A stretch of 64,000 nucleotides of DNA, from positions 77,282-141,281 of the forward strand of contig BDGG01000004.1 of assembly GCA_001949185.1 (NCBI GenBank). The letters run 5' to 3'. The position numbers and the translations under genes are program-made. This DNA comes from Ramazzottius varieornatus. Taxonomy: Eukaryota; Animalia; Tardigrada. A model generated the notes under the pieces. That model did no database searches, was not told the DNA's origin, and saw only the letters and a list, made by a program, of their open reading frames with translations. Below are positions 44,423 to 57,669 of the stretch, piece after piece; within the stretch, counting starts at the first letter, position 1; each line of letters opens with the position of its first letter.

Positions 44423-45566
44423 ATGAGCGTCGGCATCGTCGTTACGTTCGAGAACGTCACATCCGAAGAAAATAGCTCCTTGTCTGGAAAATGTGTCAAC
44501 GTAACATGTTTACCGGAAGTTATTCCAAATGCATATTCCTCTTACTTTTTCGTGATGCCATCATAGCGGCAGGAATCTTAAACATCGGTGTTCTTTCAGC
44601 TTTTATCATACACCGCAGCCTCCGAAACCCGTTCGCTGTCTACCTTATGAATTTGCTGGTGCTGGAGATCATTCTCGTCTTACTCCATGGGCCGTTCAAT
44701 CTGATCGACAAACTGACACCAACATTCGTTCAGGGGTACACTATTTGCGTTTACGAGACCTTCATGGGTTACACTTTCCAGAACTTGATCATCATTGGGC
44801 ACCTTCTGATCGCCCTTAACCGTACCTGGGCTGTGATCTCCCTTTTTCGTACCACGCTCGTCACTCCAGCAAGTTTGCCACCATTATGTGTGTTTCGGTT
44901 TGGCTTAACATTACCATCTGCTACATTCCAGTCACAATAGTCACACTATCCACCCCGGAGAATATCATCGGTACATCCCAATGCGAAATATACACGGATA
45001 ACCTAGATTTCTGGGGCCCTTTCATCCAATTGGTTCTGTACGATACTCCCATTGTGATCATCATGGCCTGTTATCCTGTGGTTTACTACAAGTCGTTCTT
45101 CAGAGGTCGTAGGCAACGCTTGTTGATCTCATCTCAAACAGTACGAGTACAAACCGAGACAATACAAACTGAACAGCTTGGTCATCCCGGTCAAGTGCCA
45201 ACTTCGACACAGCCTTTATCCATTCCTCGTCCTTCGGTTCCTGCCGTTATCCCCAGACGAACCGAAACCCTAAAGCTGTGTGGCAAAATGATTCATATTG
45301 ATGGAAGCGCGACGGGATTTGTGACTTTGACACTCATGACCGTGAGCGTAATCATTTCGCTGATGCCGAAGGAAGTTTACTACACCTACCAACTGTGGAC
45401 GGACGACGACAACATTCACCTGTTTTTCTACCTGATCGCCGATACTCTACAGCACCTCACAACCGTCTTTGATCCAGTCTTAATTGTGCTGGTTAACCCT
45501 GAACTACAGAAGATCATACTGGCGACGTTACGGTTGAGGCAACGCTACTGTGGCTTCGGGCACTGA
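44423..45566 (+). pseudogene. Class-A GPCR of the same family with two single-base frameshifts
   Basis: Three consecutive frames: N-terminus; TM1-TM3 (PFAVYLMNLL, GHLLIALNRTWAV); TM4-TM7 (YDTPIVII, VFDPVLI). Shifts lie near 44557 and 44840, with no GT-AG intron to explain them. Confidence 0.8.
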
Positions 45567-46144
45567 TTTCCTGTGGGAAGTTCCAGGTTACGGCAAGTTG
45601 GCGCAGTAGACTACAAACAAAATGGTGTTAACCTAAAATTGCGTTCCCGCACTACACCACTCGTCAGTTGTCTAAAGTTTAAAAGTTTGAGGTTTTTAGT
45701 GTTCAACAAAAATGGCTAAGAACGAAAGATTCGTAACGAGAAGTGATACAGTAAAGTGCAGGAACTGAGCAAGAAAATCTAGTCTCTTAACATCAGAACA
45801 GAGAAAGACAGCACCAGTCTATTTGGGGTACAGCGCAGATGGTGGTTGAAAATTAAGAATAAGCTAAAATAAATTTGAATACAGAATGTCGGTAGGAGCT
45901 GATAAAACGTGAAAGAACCGGTGACATTTGAGCATGAATGCAGACAGTCGAAATGGGCAAAGTGTAAGGAACAAACAGAGAATCAAGGAAGTAAGCGTAA
46001 ATGTGCGGCTTTACGAAGTTTTCATTTCGACGACTTGTCGAGGGTCGGCTCATATAGTCCGCAAAAAAGGACAGCTCAGTAAGCGGCACACTGAAAGATT
46101 AAAGCGTCGGTTAGTTCAAAACTTCTGGTTGATTAGATTCCCAC

Positions 46145-49100
46145 TTACTCGAAGAGCTTCTTGGCCACATGTCTATTTTTCTTCAGGACGTCCATGTGGA
46201 CCGTGATCTTGCTGCCCTGTCCCTTCACCTCGTAGATGGTGCCCTCATCCTCGTAGATGTCATCCCACCCGGGCATGTAGATGGCGCGTTGGCCGACTCT
46301 GATCACATCGGCGACGCGAAGAATGTTCTCTTCTTCGATGGTTGGAGTGTCCTTCCATGGAATGATCCATCTCACGACGTAGGTGTCGTCCGGAACCTTC
46401 TTGATTATGGTGGCAGCCGAGTAAAAGTAGTACATGTTTTCGTGACGCCACTTGACGAACACGATTTCACCTAGGAACTCCAGTCAATCAATGCGTCAAA
46501 AATAGTCCCTAAAACTTCAACGAAGCTCCACCGCTTCAGATTTCCTTTAAATTATGAGCATCTTTTTCAGGAATTTCCATAAATTCAACAAAACTCATGT
46601 TTTCAGAAAGCATCAAAAACGGTGCGGAAGCTTCCATAAACTAGTTACAATTTTCCTAAATTTTCATTTCGCAAAAACGCGGTCTCCGAATGTTTCCAAA
46701 AATTCTGCGGATAGATTCTGCAGACCGGAAACTTGAAGGAGTAAGTCTTCAAATTTTCGAAAAACGGACTTTACTATTGCAGTAGGACGTCCTCTGAGGC
46801 TACCAAGTCTCACCTTTCCGTCGCGGCATTTTTGTGTACGTAAAATCGTTGTTCCGACTGGGACTTCGTGACGGGGACCTTGCCGGAGTTTTAGCTCGTA
46901 GCAAGTCCGGTCCGTCGTTGATGAAACTGTCAGTGTCGGCTTCTTCGTCAGTACTGTCCGAGCCGATCTTAAGTGTCCGAGCCGATCTTAAGTTTTCTCC
47001 CTCGTGGCCTACTTCGACTTCCACGACTTCCGCGGCTTGAACTCCTGTTGGAAGCATTGCTGCTACAGGTACCGAGAGGATCCTCGTCGGTATCCTCTGG
47101 CACGTTCACGATCATGTTCTCCGAACTCAGGTACTCGTCTTGCAACAAGAAGTCAAAGCACTCTTTGCCGAATTCCTCATCGGTAATACTCAACAAATGG
47201 AACTTGAACCTATCAAAAATCAGCAGTACAACTGAAACGAAGTATCCTCCAAAATGAAAGCCCGGCAGAGTTTGAGATTATTCTTCCAAGTGCGCGCTCT
47301 ATCGGCCAACGTTGTGCATAATACAGCCCGTTCGGGCCACATCGCTACCACCTAAAAGATTGAGACGAGCACATTTCTCCGGATTACTGCCGAACCTTGA
47401 AACTAATATTGCTCAATTTATTAGTTTTTTTGGCACCTTGGAGAACACTACTGGCCAGAAATCCGTTCGTGGAAAGTCAAAATTTCTCGATCATAAGTGT
47501 CACATAAAAAACAGTTCGCCAAACTCACCCCACTTTTGCACTGGAATACTGTTGGATTGTGGCTAGCAAGTAGCGAGTACCCCGCTTTACCAACGTCTGA
47601 TACCCTGAAAAATCACAATGACATTCCGCCATCACTACATGCGTTCGTAGCCTTGGTGAATCGAGGCACTTTCTCACCCGGTACGAAGACCTTCTTTTTC
47701 TCCCGCTGCCGGTCTTCCGTAGCATCTTCCGATGGCTCTGCGGATACTCTCGGAGTAGAAAGACGCAGTGGTAATTGTGGTCTTGAGTGAGTACGGCCTC
47801 CACAATCTCCCAACGTTCCTGCAAGCACCCCGACATTCACAAACGTATCACCGAGAGATTTTCTCCGCATGTTCCGCAATTTAAAAACCTACCGGGCGTG
47901 CTTGGAACCTCTGACGAACCCGAGACCGGACGGAGCTGTCGTATTTTCCCCGGTGAAGGTTCCCCAGAAATGGTCGATTCATCCTGCGGAGTTTCCTCGT
48001 CCGAACTATCTCGTATGACGCGTTTCTTCCGTCGCGGGATTAGAGTCGGCGGTTTCCGTAGAGGTTCGTCCTCTTCTGACAGGTTAGAGTCTACTCTGAA
48101 GGCAGTGGAAGCCGGTTGAACGGTCATCCTCGTCGTATTCACTGTTGAGACCGTCGAAGCTTCTCTGGACGGAGACGGTACGATCGGCTCCTTATTTTCT
48201 TGCTCGTGCTCGGAATCGGATGACAGTGTGATCACTTCTGGTTCTGGTATACGGGCTGGTGGATCGATAGTCATAGCACGATAGCGGTGGGGAAACTGCA
48301 GATGCACGGAAGTGATGACGTACATCAGGCCTTTGGTATCGTGCTGCAGTCTGGTCAGCCTGACGGTGTATTTCGATTGCGGCTTGAAGAAGACCCGCAG
48401 AACGCTCAGCTGTTTGGGCTTAAGCAACTCGGAAAACGATTGTGCGGAAGCCATATCCTCGAAAACTTCTTGGCCAGCTCGAGCCACGACTTTCAGTCCG
48501 CTGCCATCATCCAGCTCCACCTACACGAACAGTTGATAAAAAGATGGAATCTCGGCAAACAAAGTCGACCAGTTCGTATCCCAAGTGGCCCACCCTTCCA
48601 GCCAATATCTTCGGAAACTGCGCTACTTCAAGCTGGTCGAGTATATTTGCCTAAACTTCAGTCTCGTGATCCACGATAAAGTAACCGTGGTCACGCGACT
48701 TATCCAGAATATAAGATTATTAAACTGTTCCGTTTTGCCATCATCGTTGTTTAATTTCTCTTCAAAGATTTATGAATTTCATAATTCATCTTTCATAATT
48801 CTTTCGATTAAACCAACCTTGACCTTGAAAACGTTCTGATTTTCCGTCCGCTTATCGCACGTCCGGCAGTAGTCGCCATCATACGTTCGCTTCTGACTAT
48901 GGCAGGAGCGGCATCCAGTGCAGATGAAGAATCCATCCGTCGCGACGATCGAGGAGATTTGACAGTCTACCACGACGAAAGGTGTCTTTGGTGGGGCGGG
49001 GGGGGGGGGGAGATCGGAAGAGATACGACTTCTCGAAGCGTCAAAATGGCTGAACTGTTGTGGAACGAGAACGATTCCTTGGCCGATCTTATTTATCCTC

Positions 49101-49164
49101 CTGGAGCAACGGAAGGTGAATGCAGCTTGAAACCATCCTTACGAAGCGACGGATTTTGAGACAT
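46145..49164 (-). pseudogene. Decayed multi-exon gene: RPA70C-like Zn-finger OB fold + disordered linker + C2HC-like motif + Tudor-like domains
   Basis: FVVVDCQISSI...CTGCRSC-x11-CRTC...FKVK|VELDDGSG (intron 48521-48817). C-terminal EIVFVKW...YFYSAATII...ENILRVADVIRVG. Lesions: TGA 47837-47839, a 19-bp tandem duplication 46955-46992, and TAG at 46800-46802. Confidence 0.55.
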
Positions 49165-51523
49165 ACAAGTGTAAGAATGTTTGTCGAATCAGTCAGCTGT
49201 CTTTCCGAAGATGTTTGCGTGTATTAGTCCAGGGTAACAGGTAACTGCCACAAGGCACAGAAGAAAGAAAAACTACTGTAATCAGTCAAGGGAATCATAA
49301 TGTCGGACTGATTGACCGGCTGATTGTTCCGGCACATTCCTTTATTATGAGAATGCAGATCAAAACAATGAGTGATCAGTGACGTCATTCACACAGAACG
49401 TCCACCGCCAGGGGGACACAGGGCGTGGCGGTTGCCGGGGCACGCTTTCTGAAGCGCTGCTGTTTCTGATGTCTAATTGGTATTTAGCTGAGAAAATTTA
49501 ATGCCGATGCGACGAAACAGACTGTGGATCGTAGCGGGTGTTGATGTATCATGGATGAAAACTCGACCTAAAGTGGCTTCCGTTAACATTAGATCCACAG
49601 TTCAATACCGTTTAATTGGGGTGTGCTTTACTGGACGAACGCTTATGTGACCTTACCGGAATGGAGCCACTCGTTATTCGGATGCGACGCGAATCCGAAC
49701 GCCCCCTTTATTGAGCAAGCTTGCTCACCGGCATGAAACATGTGAGACCGCGTGAAGCTTAGGCGAGCAGGAAAGAAGGAAGGAAGGTGTGTGTTAGGGG
49801 AAAAGCAGTGGGCAGCACACGTTAACCAACATTAAATTCGATTCAATTTTGATAAAAAGAATTCTCAACGGCTAACAAACATACAGACAGCTAACGGGGT
49901 CGAGTTTCCGCGGCACAAACGCATAACCACACCGCTCACCTGGAGCTTTATGAAGCGTCATTTGGGCGAGATTGTAGACTCTGAACATGTTCCTGCCGCC
50001 TTGCCTCAATCGCCCGCTGTCCTGATATTGATGCTTGGCAGAAAACAGGTAACTTGAGAGAAAATGTCAGGAATTGATATGGGTGAAGTACGAATCGCTG
50101 ATAGAGTTCTGGGTATGGAAGAGAAAAGCGTTCCAGCTCATCAGTCATCCACATCGAGACAAACTTAGTCAACAGCAGAAAAGCCGTTGTAATTAAAAAC
50201 AGGGCTGGCGCCTCCTATACTGAATGTATCAAAGCAATATTATGACGTCACGGGCTTAGGCTTATTTACAGTGCAAGAGCGACTGTGGCGCATGATGTCA
50301 TGCGCCAAGCTTGATACATTCAACAATCAACACAGGCCGCGCCGGCCCTGTTTTAAAGTTTAAGGTCCAGTCAACGAGGATGTACTGCAGAGCGTGGAAG
50401 ACTTGTGAGAATGGCGAGATTCACACAGCTCCGGATGGCCGCTCCGCACCCAAGGTACACGCGCGAAGGGAAAGTTTAGAGCAGTAAAATGTTTGGATCA
50501 GCCGATTCTGAAACAGCGGAACGGAAGTACGTTCGTACATGTGAAATTCACACCAATGCTCTTTTTGACAATTTTGTGGCCGCCGATACAGTGAGGCTAA
50601 TACATAAGTACGATGCTCATGCGGAGTTATTCGGTGGTTGGAATACACGCTACCATCGGTGCCATCATCTCAGTTCCCGTTTTATTCGCTATTAGCCTCC
50701 CTCGGCGGCCACAGTACCCGAAAAGGGTGCTGTCCTGCGAATTCTATGGTTGAGTTTTGAGTTTGCCGTCTTTTTCGTCTGATTCAAGCTTCTTACTGTT
50801 CCAAACTTTCCCTTCGCGCGCGCACGACATGTTAATATTTTGTAGGAATGGTCCGTGCCGCCAGCGAATACAGTAATTTGCGAGTGGACGGCACACTTTT
50901 GTGTAGCGGAAGACCCCGCCCATCCGACGGAAAACTTGTTATCGTTGAAAGATGAGATGAAGTTCTACCTCCATTATGAAAAAACCTGAGAATTTTCGAT
51001 TTGCAAATTATTCACCCATGCTAAATTCGTCCTGACCGATGGTCGAGTTATTCAAAATAAGAGGAATAGCACATCGATGAATATGGAGAGTTTCTGGCTG
51101 CTTGCCCGTCTTCCAACATTTAGGATTGACTAGACTTTTGATTGTTCAACAATTTTGTTCAACAACACCAGTAGACAGTGATGACCGACACAAATTGGTT
51201 AATTGATTATGTGGACATTCAGCCGTTAGTACGGATCTTAACCTTCAATGTTATGCAACCAACCACTTGCCGGAGCAACTTGCGAGTACAGATCGATTTA
51301 CAAAGGTGTTTTTAGACTCAAGTTAGCACAATACAGCTATGCAAACGCAATCCGCTGGTAGACAAAGGCGTTGTCGATGAGTCCTTCCGTCATGTAAAGC
51401 ACGATAAGTGTCAGGTGGATTACTGAGGTACCATGGCCGACAAGGACTTGAGCGAGCTCCATCTGGTCGTGCACAGCACGATCTTATTCATTTATTTCCA
51501 GACCTTCTCTAAAAGACATCACG

Positions 51524-53835
51524 ATGACGGTTGATTGGGTCAGTTATTATCCTGTTGTTGCCATATTGATCTTCCTGGGAGAAGTTACTGCTTCTGCCAC
51601 GTTTGACGCTGCCTTTTGCGCCGGTCAGAGGAACGGACTGTATGCGGACCCGGTGAGTACAATATAAGTTTCCCATCGTCATTGCTTTAAGTAATCTCGT
51701 TGCCTTTTTATATAGATCGATTGTGCGGGGTTCTATAGTTGCTTCAACTCGAAAACGTACCATTTCACTTGCCCGCCCGGACTACGCTTCGACTATAAAA
51801 CCCAAGTTTGCACATGGAAGGCCGTATGCATAAATTCTGCCGGTAAGAAAAAGGTTAAAAATCCATTCTTGTTCCCGAAGGAATTCACTATTTAGCGAAG
51901 GTGGTTGAATGGTGAAGGTTCTTTTGTTGTCTGCAGGAGCAAATTCTTCTCCTCTTAACGAGACTGCAGTACCTCAAGCCTCGGCGGACATACCGTTAGT
52001 CCCCTTACCGTCCCTACCACGGGAGGCGGCGCAATGCACCAGCGTTGAAGATGTCCGGTGCGCAGATGGCAGCACCTGCATACCCAGGTATGACAAAAGA
52101 ATAGCTTGGGACGCGCATTTGCATGCAGGAACATCGTCTTGAATTTTCCTCGTTTTAGACAAAAAGTGTGTGACACTGTTCGCGACTGTCCAGAAGGCGG
52201 CACGGACGAATACGGTTGCGGTAAGTGCACCACTTCACCACCGACGTCTTGTATCGAACACCTGGGCAGCATGTCTTTCCTTTCAGATTTGCGAGAAGAT
52301 CCATATGCGAGCCAGCCGTGCAAGAAAGATACTTGTGCCTTGCCGGCCTGCTTTTGTAGTAACGACGGCGCACAGATTCCTGGAGGAGTAGCGCTGGCTT
52401 CCGTGCCTCAGGTGCTCGTCTGACAACGAGCTCGCGCAGTCACGACTTCCATATCGCAATTTCTTCCTTTTAGATGGTGCTTCTTGCGTTTCCTGGAGCT
52501 CTGAACTCGCAGAACCATGACTTGATCAGGAATCTGTTCCTTCCTACCCGACTGAACCCGAACCAATGTCCGATCCACGGAACATTCTTCGTTTCCCACG
52601 AATATTCAGACTACTCGCACATCGAAAAGTTTTACAAGAGTGGACACGAGATAGCACTGAGTACTCTGAGGTACTTTGGATGGTGCCTGGAGTAACCATC
52701 CCTCACAGACCAATAATATGCTTGACTTTTCTTTATAATATTATCAAATTTGTTCGCAGTCGGGACCGGGAAACGCCCTACTGGTGGACCACGGTCTCCA
52801 GCTACAAGGACTGGGGTATCGAGCTACAAAGCCAACGCGAGATACTTCACCACTTTGCTCATGTACCGCTGACGGAAACTAGAGGCGGTCAAGCACCGAA
52901 CCTCCATCTCGGAAGTAACACTCAGTTCGCCGCCATGCAGGACTTTGGGTTTGAGTGGGATGGCTCCGTATGTGGAACCATTTTCTGCTCCTCCTTTATC
53001 ACCCTACATGTTTTCGTCCAATAATTTCCTGGTTGATAGATCACGGTACCTTCTACCAGCAGGCCGGTCTGGCCTTACAAGCTTGCGTTCTCCGTACCCC
53101 ACACTTGCCATCAATCCGGATGCCCTACACGCCCTTACAACGTCTGGGAGGTGCCTATCAACCAGCTCATCGACTCACAAGGCTTCGGATGTCCATCACT
53201 TGGCTCTTGCCATAACGACGACCTGAAGACCGCGGAAGAAGTAATAGCTGACCATCTCTACGGTGTGAATTCGTTGTTTTCTCCTGACCAAATAATATTA
53301 TTTTCAGGTACTCCAATGGCTGTTAAAGAAGTTCAACAGGTATGCGCTCGTGTTTAGCTTTTGTGCTGCCCACTTAGGAATGAAGTGTTTGAACTTATGT
53401 CGGTATGACTTCAGGCATTATACGGACAATCGAGCTCCACTGGTCCTCGTCATCGACCCCAACTGGCTCCAAGAGAACTTCGACGCCCTTTCCCGATTCA
53501 TCGAGACCTTGATCACCAAGCCGGAACAGGACACCTACTTCGTGACTTACCACCAGCTTGTTCAGTGGATACAGTCCCCGACACCAATCGAGCTGCTGGC
53601 GGACTTTGTGCCATGGGCCTGCGATGAGGAAGCTGCAGGGTTCACCTGCGAAGCGCTAGACTGCGACCTTGCTTTTGTCCACGGAGGAACCCGTCGTTTC
53701 CGCGCATGCGTCCCGGCATGTCCAGCTTCTTTCCCTTGGAAGGACAACATAAAAGGAGAAAAGACTGTTGATCCCGTACTGAAGAGATATGTGAATACAG
53801 TAACTACGCCTGCAACTACCATATCACCCCAATAA
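51524..53835 (+). CDS. Chitin deacetylase-like protein (signal, CBM14 chitin-binding, LDLa, polysaccharide-deacetylase domain) with degenerate catalytic motifs
   Basis: FCAGQRNGLYADP|IDCAGFYSC...CPPGLRFD...C (CBM14); CADGSTCIP...CDTVRDC..GTDE..C (LDLa); CALPACFCS..G..IPG; LNPNQCPIHGTFFVSHEYSDY; GHEIA; VWEVPIN; YFVTYHQLVQW. This is the serpentine/vermiform-type architecture. Confidence 0.92.
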
Positions 53836-54284
53836 AATATTCGTTGTTTCCATTCTCCAACTCGTCGCGGGCTTCGTCATGTCATTGATCAGTTGAAAAT
53901 TCAGCCATGCCTAAATTATTGCATGCAAAGATGCCGTGCAATCCGTGGCCAATGTCCGCGATATTGAATAAAACTTGGGCTGTCAAAATTCCGAGATGGT
54001 ACATCGAAATTTCATTCATCATGGGATGCCATGGACAGCGATGATTTTCGTGCGGTAGGCCTTTACCACCTGAACGCGGTTGATACATCCACGTTGTGTT
54101 TAGTACTCGTGCAGACACCACCGAGACTCACCGAGTACGAGGGTGCGTCGATGCACTACATATGTGTTTGCGCGATGCTCACAACAGCTGATCGACTGTA
54201 TGAAACGCAACGATAACAATCTTCCAGTGCTCCATTCTTAAATTCAATGAAGCTCTTAAAATGTAGACTAGGGATTGTGGCAAA

Positions 54285-56360
54285 ATGTTGAGTTTTACCT
54301 TCCTGAAATATATGGACGTAGCCCCAAGGATATCAGGCCTGCTTTCCCAACGAAAATGTAGCGGCCTGCCATCCCGTTGCGCTTCGATGTTTCGAGTCCC
54401 CTTCACAGCTGATCGATATAACGTCAGACGCCGAGACTATGCCAAACTCTCCGAGGACGATTTGCGCGTTTTCCGGGACATTGTCGGAGACAGCGGTGTC
54501 GTGACTGGACCGGAAGACTTGGAATTTTATAATGTGGACTGGCTGAGAATATGTCGCGGTACGAACTACAGACGTGTCTTACTTCGAATATTTTGAGCCG
54601 TCACAGTGGAATATTATGTTTAGTCGTTTACGTGTTTCCTCAGGACAGAGTACCGTGGCTTTACGACCAAAGACGACGCAACAGCTTTCGGATATCTTGA
54701 AGCATTGCAACACCCGGAAGCTGGCGGTATGCCCACAAGGGGGTAACACCGGTTTAGTTGGTGGCAGTGTTCCCGTATTTGACGAGGTTGTCTTGAGTCT
54801 GAATCTGATGAACCACATCGAGTCCCTGGACACTGTATCAGGTATGCAGCCCTGTTGGGGAGAGCTCGCTAGCTTTGTCAGCAATGAAGCGGTAAAGACG
54901 GAGTGGAAAAGCGGTTTCATTTTTGGGGTCTTTCACAGTGTCGGTACTTTCTTCATAGGTACGTTGATTTCACAAGCAGGAGCTGTGTTGGAAACCCTTG
55001 AAAACTACGCATCCGAGCGCGGTAGAGTTGTCCCTTTGGATCTGGGAGCGAAAGGTTCTTGCCAGATTGGCGGAAACGTGGCAACGAACGCAGGCGGACT
55101 GCGTTTCCTACGTTATGGCTCGTTGCACTCGAACGTCCTCGGTCTGGAAACTGTAAGTTCTGTCGAGCAATAGCGGTAGTAGCGAAGTGGCAAAGTCTCT
55201 GTGGACTCTCTTGTTACTGTCCAAAACCAGTCAGCAGTTTCAGTCTTCGTTAAATTTGAATGCTCGGGAAAAAAACAGTTTAGAATCCCTACGGCTATTG
55301 TTCGTCTTAGGTATTGGCCGACGGAACTATCCTACCATTTGGAACCAACATGCGGAAGGATAACACTGGCTACCACTTGCACCATTCATTTATCGGTATC
55401 TCGGAATCACCAGAGGTTTTGCACGATGTTCCAGAGGGAAACATGTGTCAGTTGACTCTTGAATAAACATGAATTGATATTTCAACAGGGAGTGAAGGAA
55501 CTTTGGGCGTAATCACACAGGTGGCGCTGCTTTGTCCACCCAAACCATCTTCGGTCAGCCTTTGCTTTCTTGGTAAAGTGCTGAGAATCTGACCCAAGAA
55601 AGACCAGCGCTGCAGCCATTGTTGACCACCTTTTTTTCTAGGTTTGAACTCCTTCGAAGACGTCCTGAAGTGTTACGACGAAACTAGCAAGGCCCTCACC
55701 GATATCCTCTCCGCATTCGAATTCTTGGACACCGAATGCTACACCACATCCTACCAAGAACACAACGTTTCGCCACCGCTTAAACCATTCCCCTTCTACG
55801 TCATGATCGAAGTCTCCGGTTGGAACGCCGAAGGTGACACTAACCGAGTCAGTTCCCTGGTCGAAACCCTCATGAACAAGAACCTTGTAATCCACGGCAC
55901 CATCGTTAACGAACCCTCTCACATGTTATCCTTATGGAAGATCCGCGAAGGTGTGGCCGAAGCTCTCACCAGACGTGGCTATGTTTACAAGTACGACTTA
56001 TCCATTCCGAAGAGGGAAATGTACAACCTGGTGGAAGATGTCAGGAAGAGAATGGGCAGCAGTGTGGAGAGCTGCAGTGGGTATGGACATTTGGGCGACA
56101 ACAATCTGCATTTGAACATTGTGACGAAAGATTACTATCCGGAAGTGACCAAGCAGCTGGAGCCGTACATCTTTGAATGGACGCGGAAGCACAAGGGGTC
56201 GGTGTCTGCTGAACATGGTCTGGGTTTCAAGAAACGGAATGTGATGCAGTATAGCCAGTCACCGCAAGCGATCAAGCTGATGCAGAGAATGAAGGAGCTC
56301 TACGATCCGAATGGAATTTTGAACCCATACAAGGTTCTACCTGATAGTTTTCCTTCCTGA
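54285..56360 (+). CDS. D2HGDH: Mitochondrial D-2-hydroxyglutarate dehydrogenase, multi-exon
   Basis: [98 protein letters not shown]. Confidence 0.96.
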
Positions 56361-57669
56361 TCTTATGCGCGACCTATATTATGGGGTGCATGAATAATTT
56401 GTTCAACTTCCAAAGCTACATAGCCCATAATAGGAAAGACCTTCGTGTGAGCGAGTCATTACGTTCAGCGTTCTCCAGGGACCGGGGATATAAAAAGTGC
56501 AAAAGATATCAGGTGCGAAAGTACGACTAGCAACTTTTGGAAACACTTAACTTCAGAAATTCGTGGTTTTGCTTTTCCTAGTCAGATGGCCGTGCAACTT
56601 CTTCAAGTCAATTGAGTGACTGTTTTTTTCTAATGGTCAAGTGATACATGTTTCAATGTTCTCTGCTGAAAGATAATTAACTTTGTTGGGGCCGAGGAGA
56701 AGGGGAATTTTGAGTTTTTTGGAATCTCAATCTTTCTGGTTTACCATGCTTCGCACACAAAACCACCTTGCGCACCTGTGCAAAATGCAGAATAATTTTA
56801 AACCTCATCGTCGAGAAAAGCGCCGCGGCAGAAGGCAAGGCTTTATTTAACCTCTGGCACCAGCGTGCCGGTAAACATCAAACTATACGCTATAAAAGGC
56901 GAAATCGGCTGAGAACCTCCACACATAAAAACAGGAGCGGGTGGGTGGGAGCAAAACGAGGAAGCGAATGAGGAAAACAACTTCCTGCATCGGTTCATGA
57001 AGGCAGTATAAATATGGCTAAGCACTAAAGCAGGAAGCACCGCGCTGCACCTAAATAATAGTAAACAGAAAAGGGGACGACTGTTCGCTGTATCATTAAA
57101 AACAGATTTTCCCGTCCGCAAAATCTTCCTCGTTTTGCCCTCCTTTCATTCCTTGTTGCGAAAAGAAACGTGCGCACCTCAGACTGCAGTACCACCGTTG
57201 ATAGAGGAAAGATTCTACAGGATGTTTATAAGCAAGACTCGGTCTGCTGAGCGGAAGCACCACCACCAATTTCTACCAAGCAAAGCGATAGCGCCCGACC
57301 GAACCTCTTTGAAAACGGAAGTGTTGATGGAAAAGCGTGCTGTGTCACAGCCGAAATCATTCAGGGGTGCGAAGCCACTACTGTTGCAAGACAGCCCGAA
57401 AACGCTGACTGCTGAGAACAATCTCGGAAAGCTTTAGAAGTGGAACCAAAAGCTCCATTTCGCAGTACTCGTAGTCAGGACCGACCACTAACAAATTATC
57501 AGGCAAGATCCTAGCCTGCACAGCGCCACGACTACGCGTTTGCTCAGCTTTGAGAGGCCTGCGAAGCCCAAAAAAAGGACCCGAAGTTTGAAAAGAAGAC
57601 AGCTGCAGAACAAGTGCAGACTGCATACTACGGCTGGTAGAGCTGTGTACCATGGGCTGAAACTTCCGA

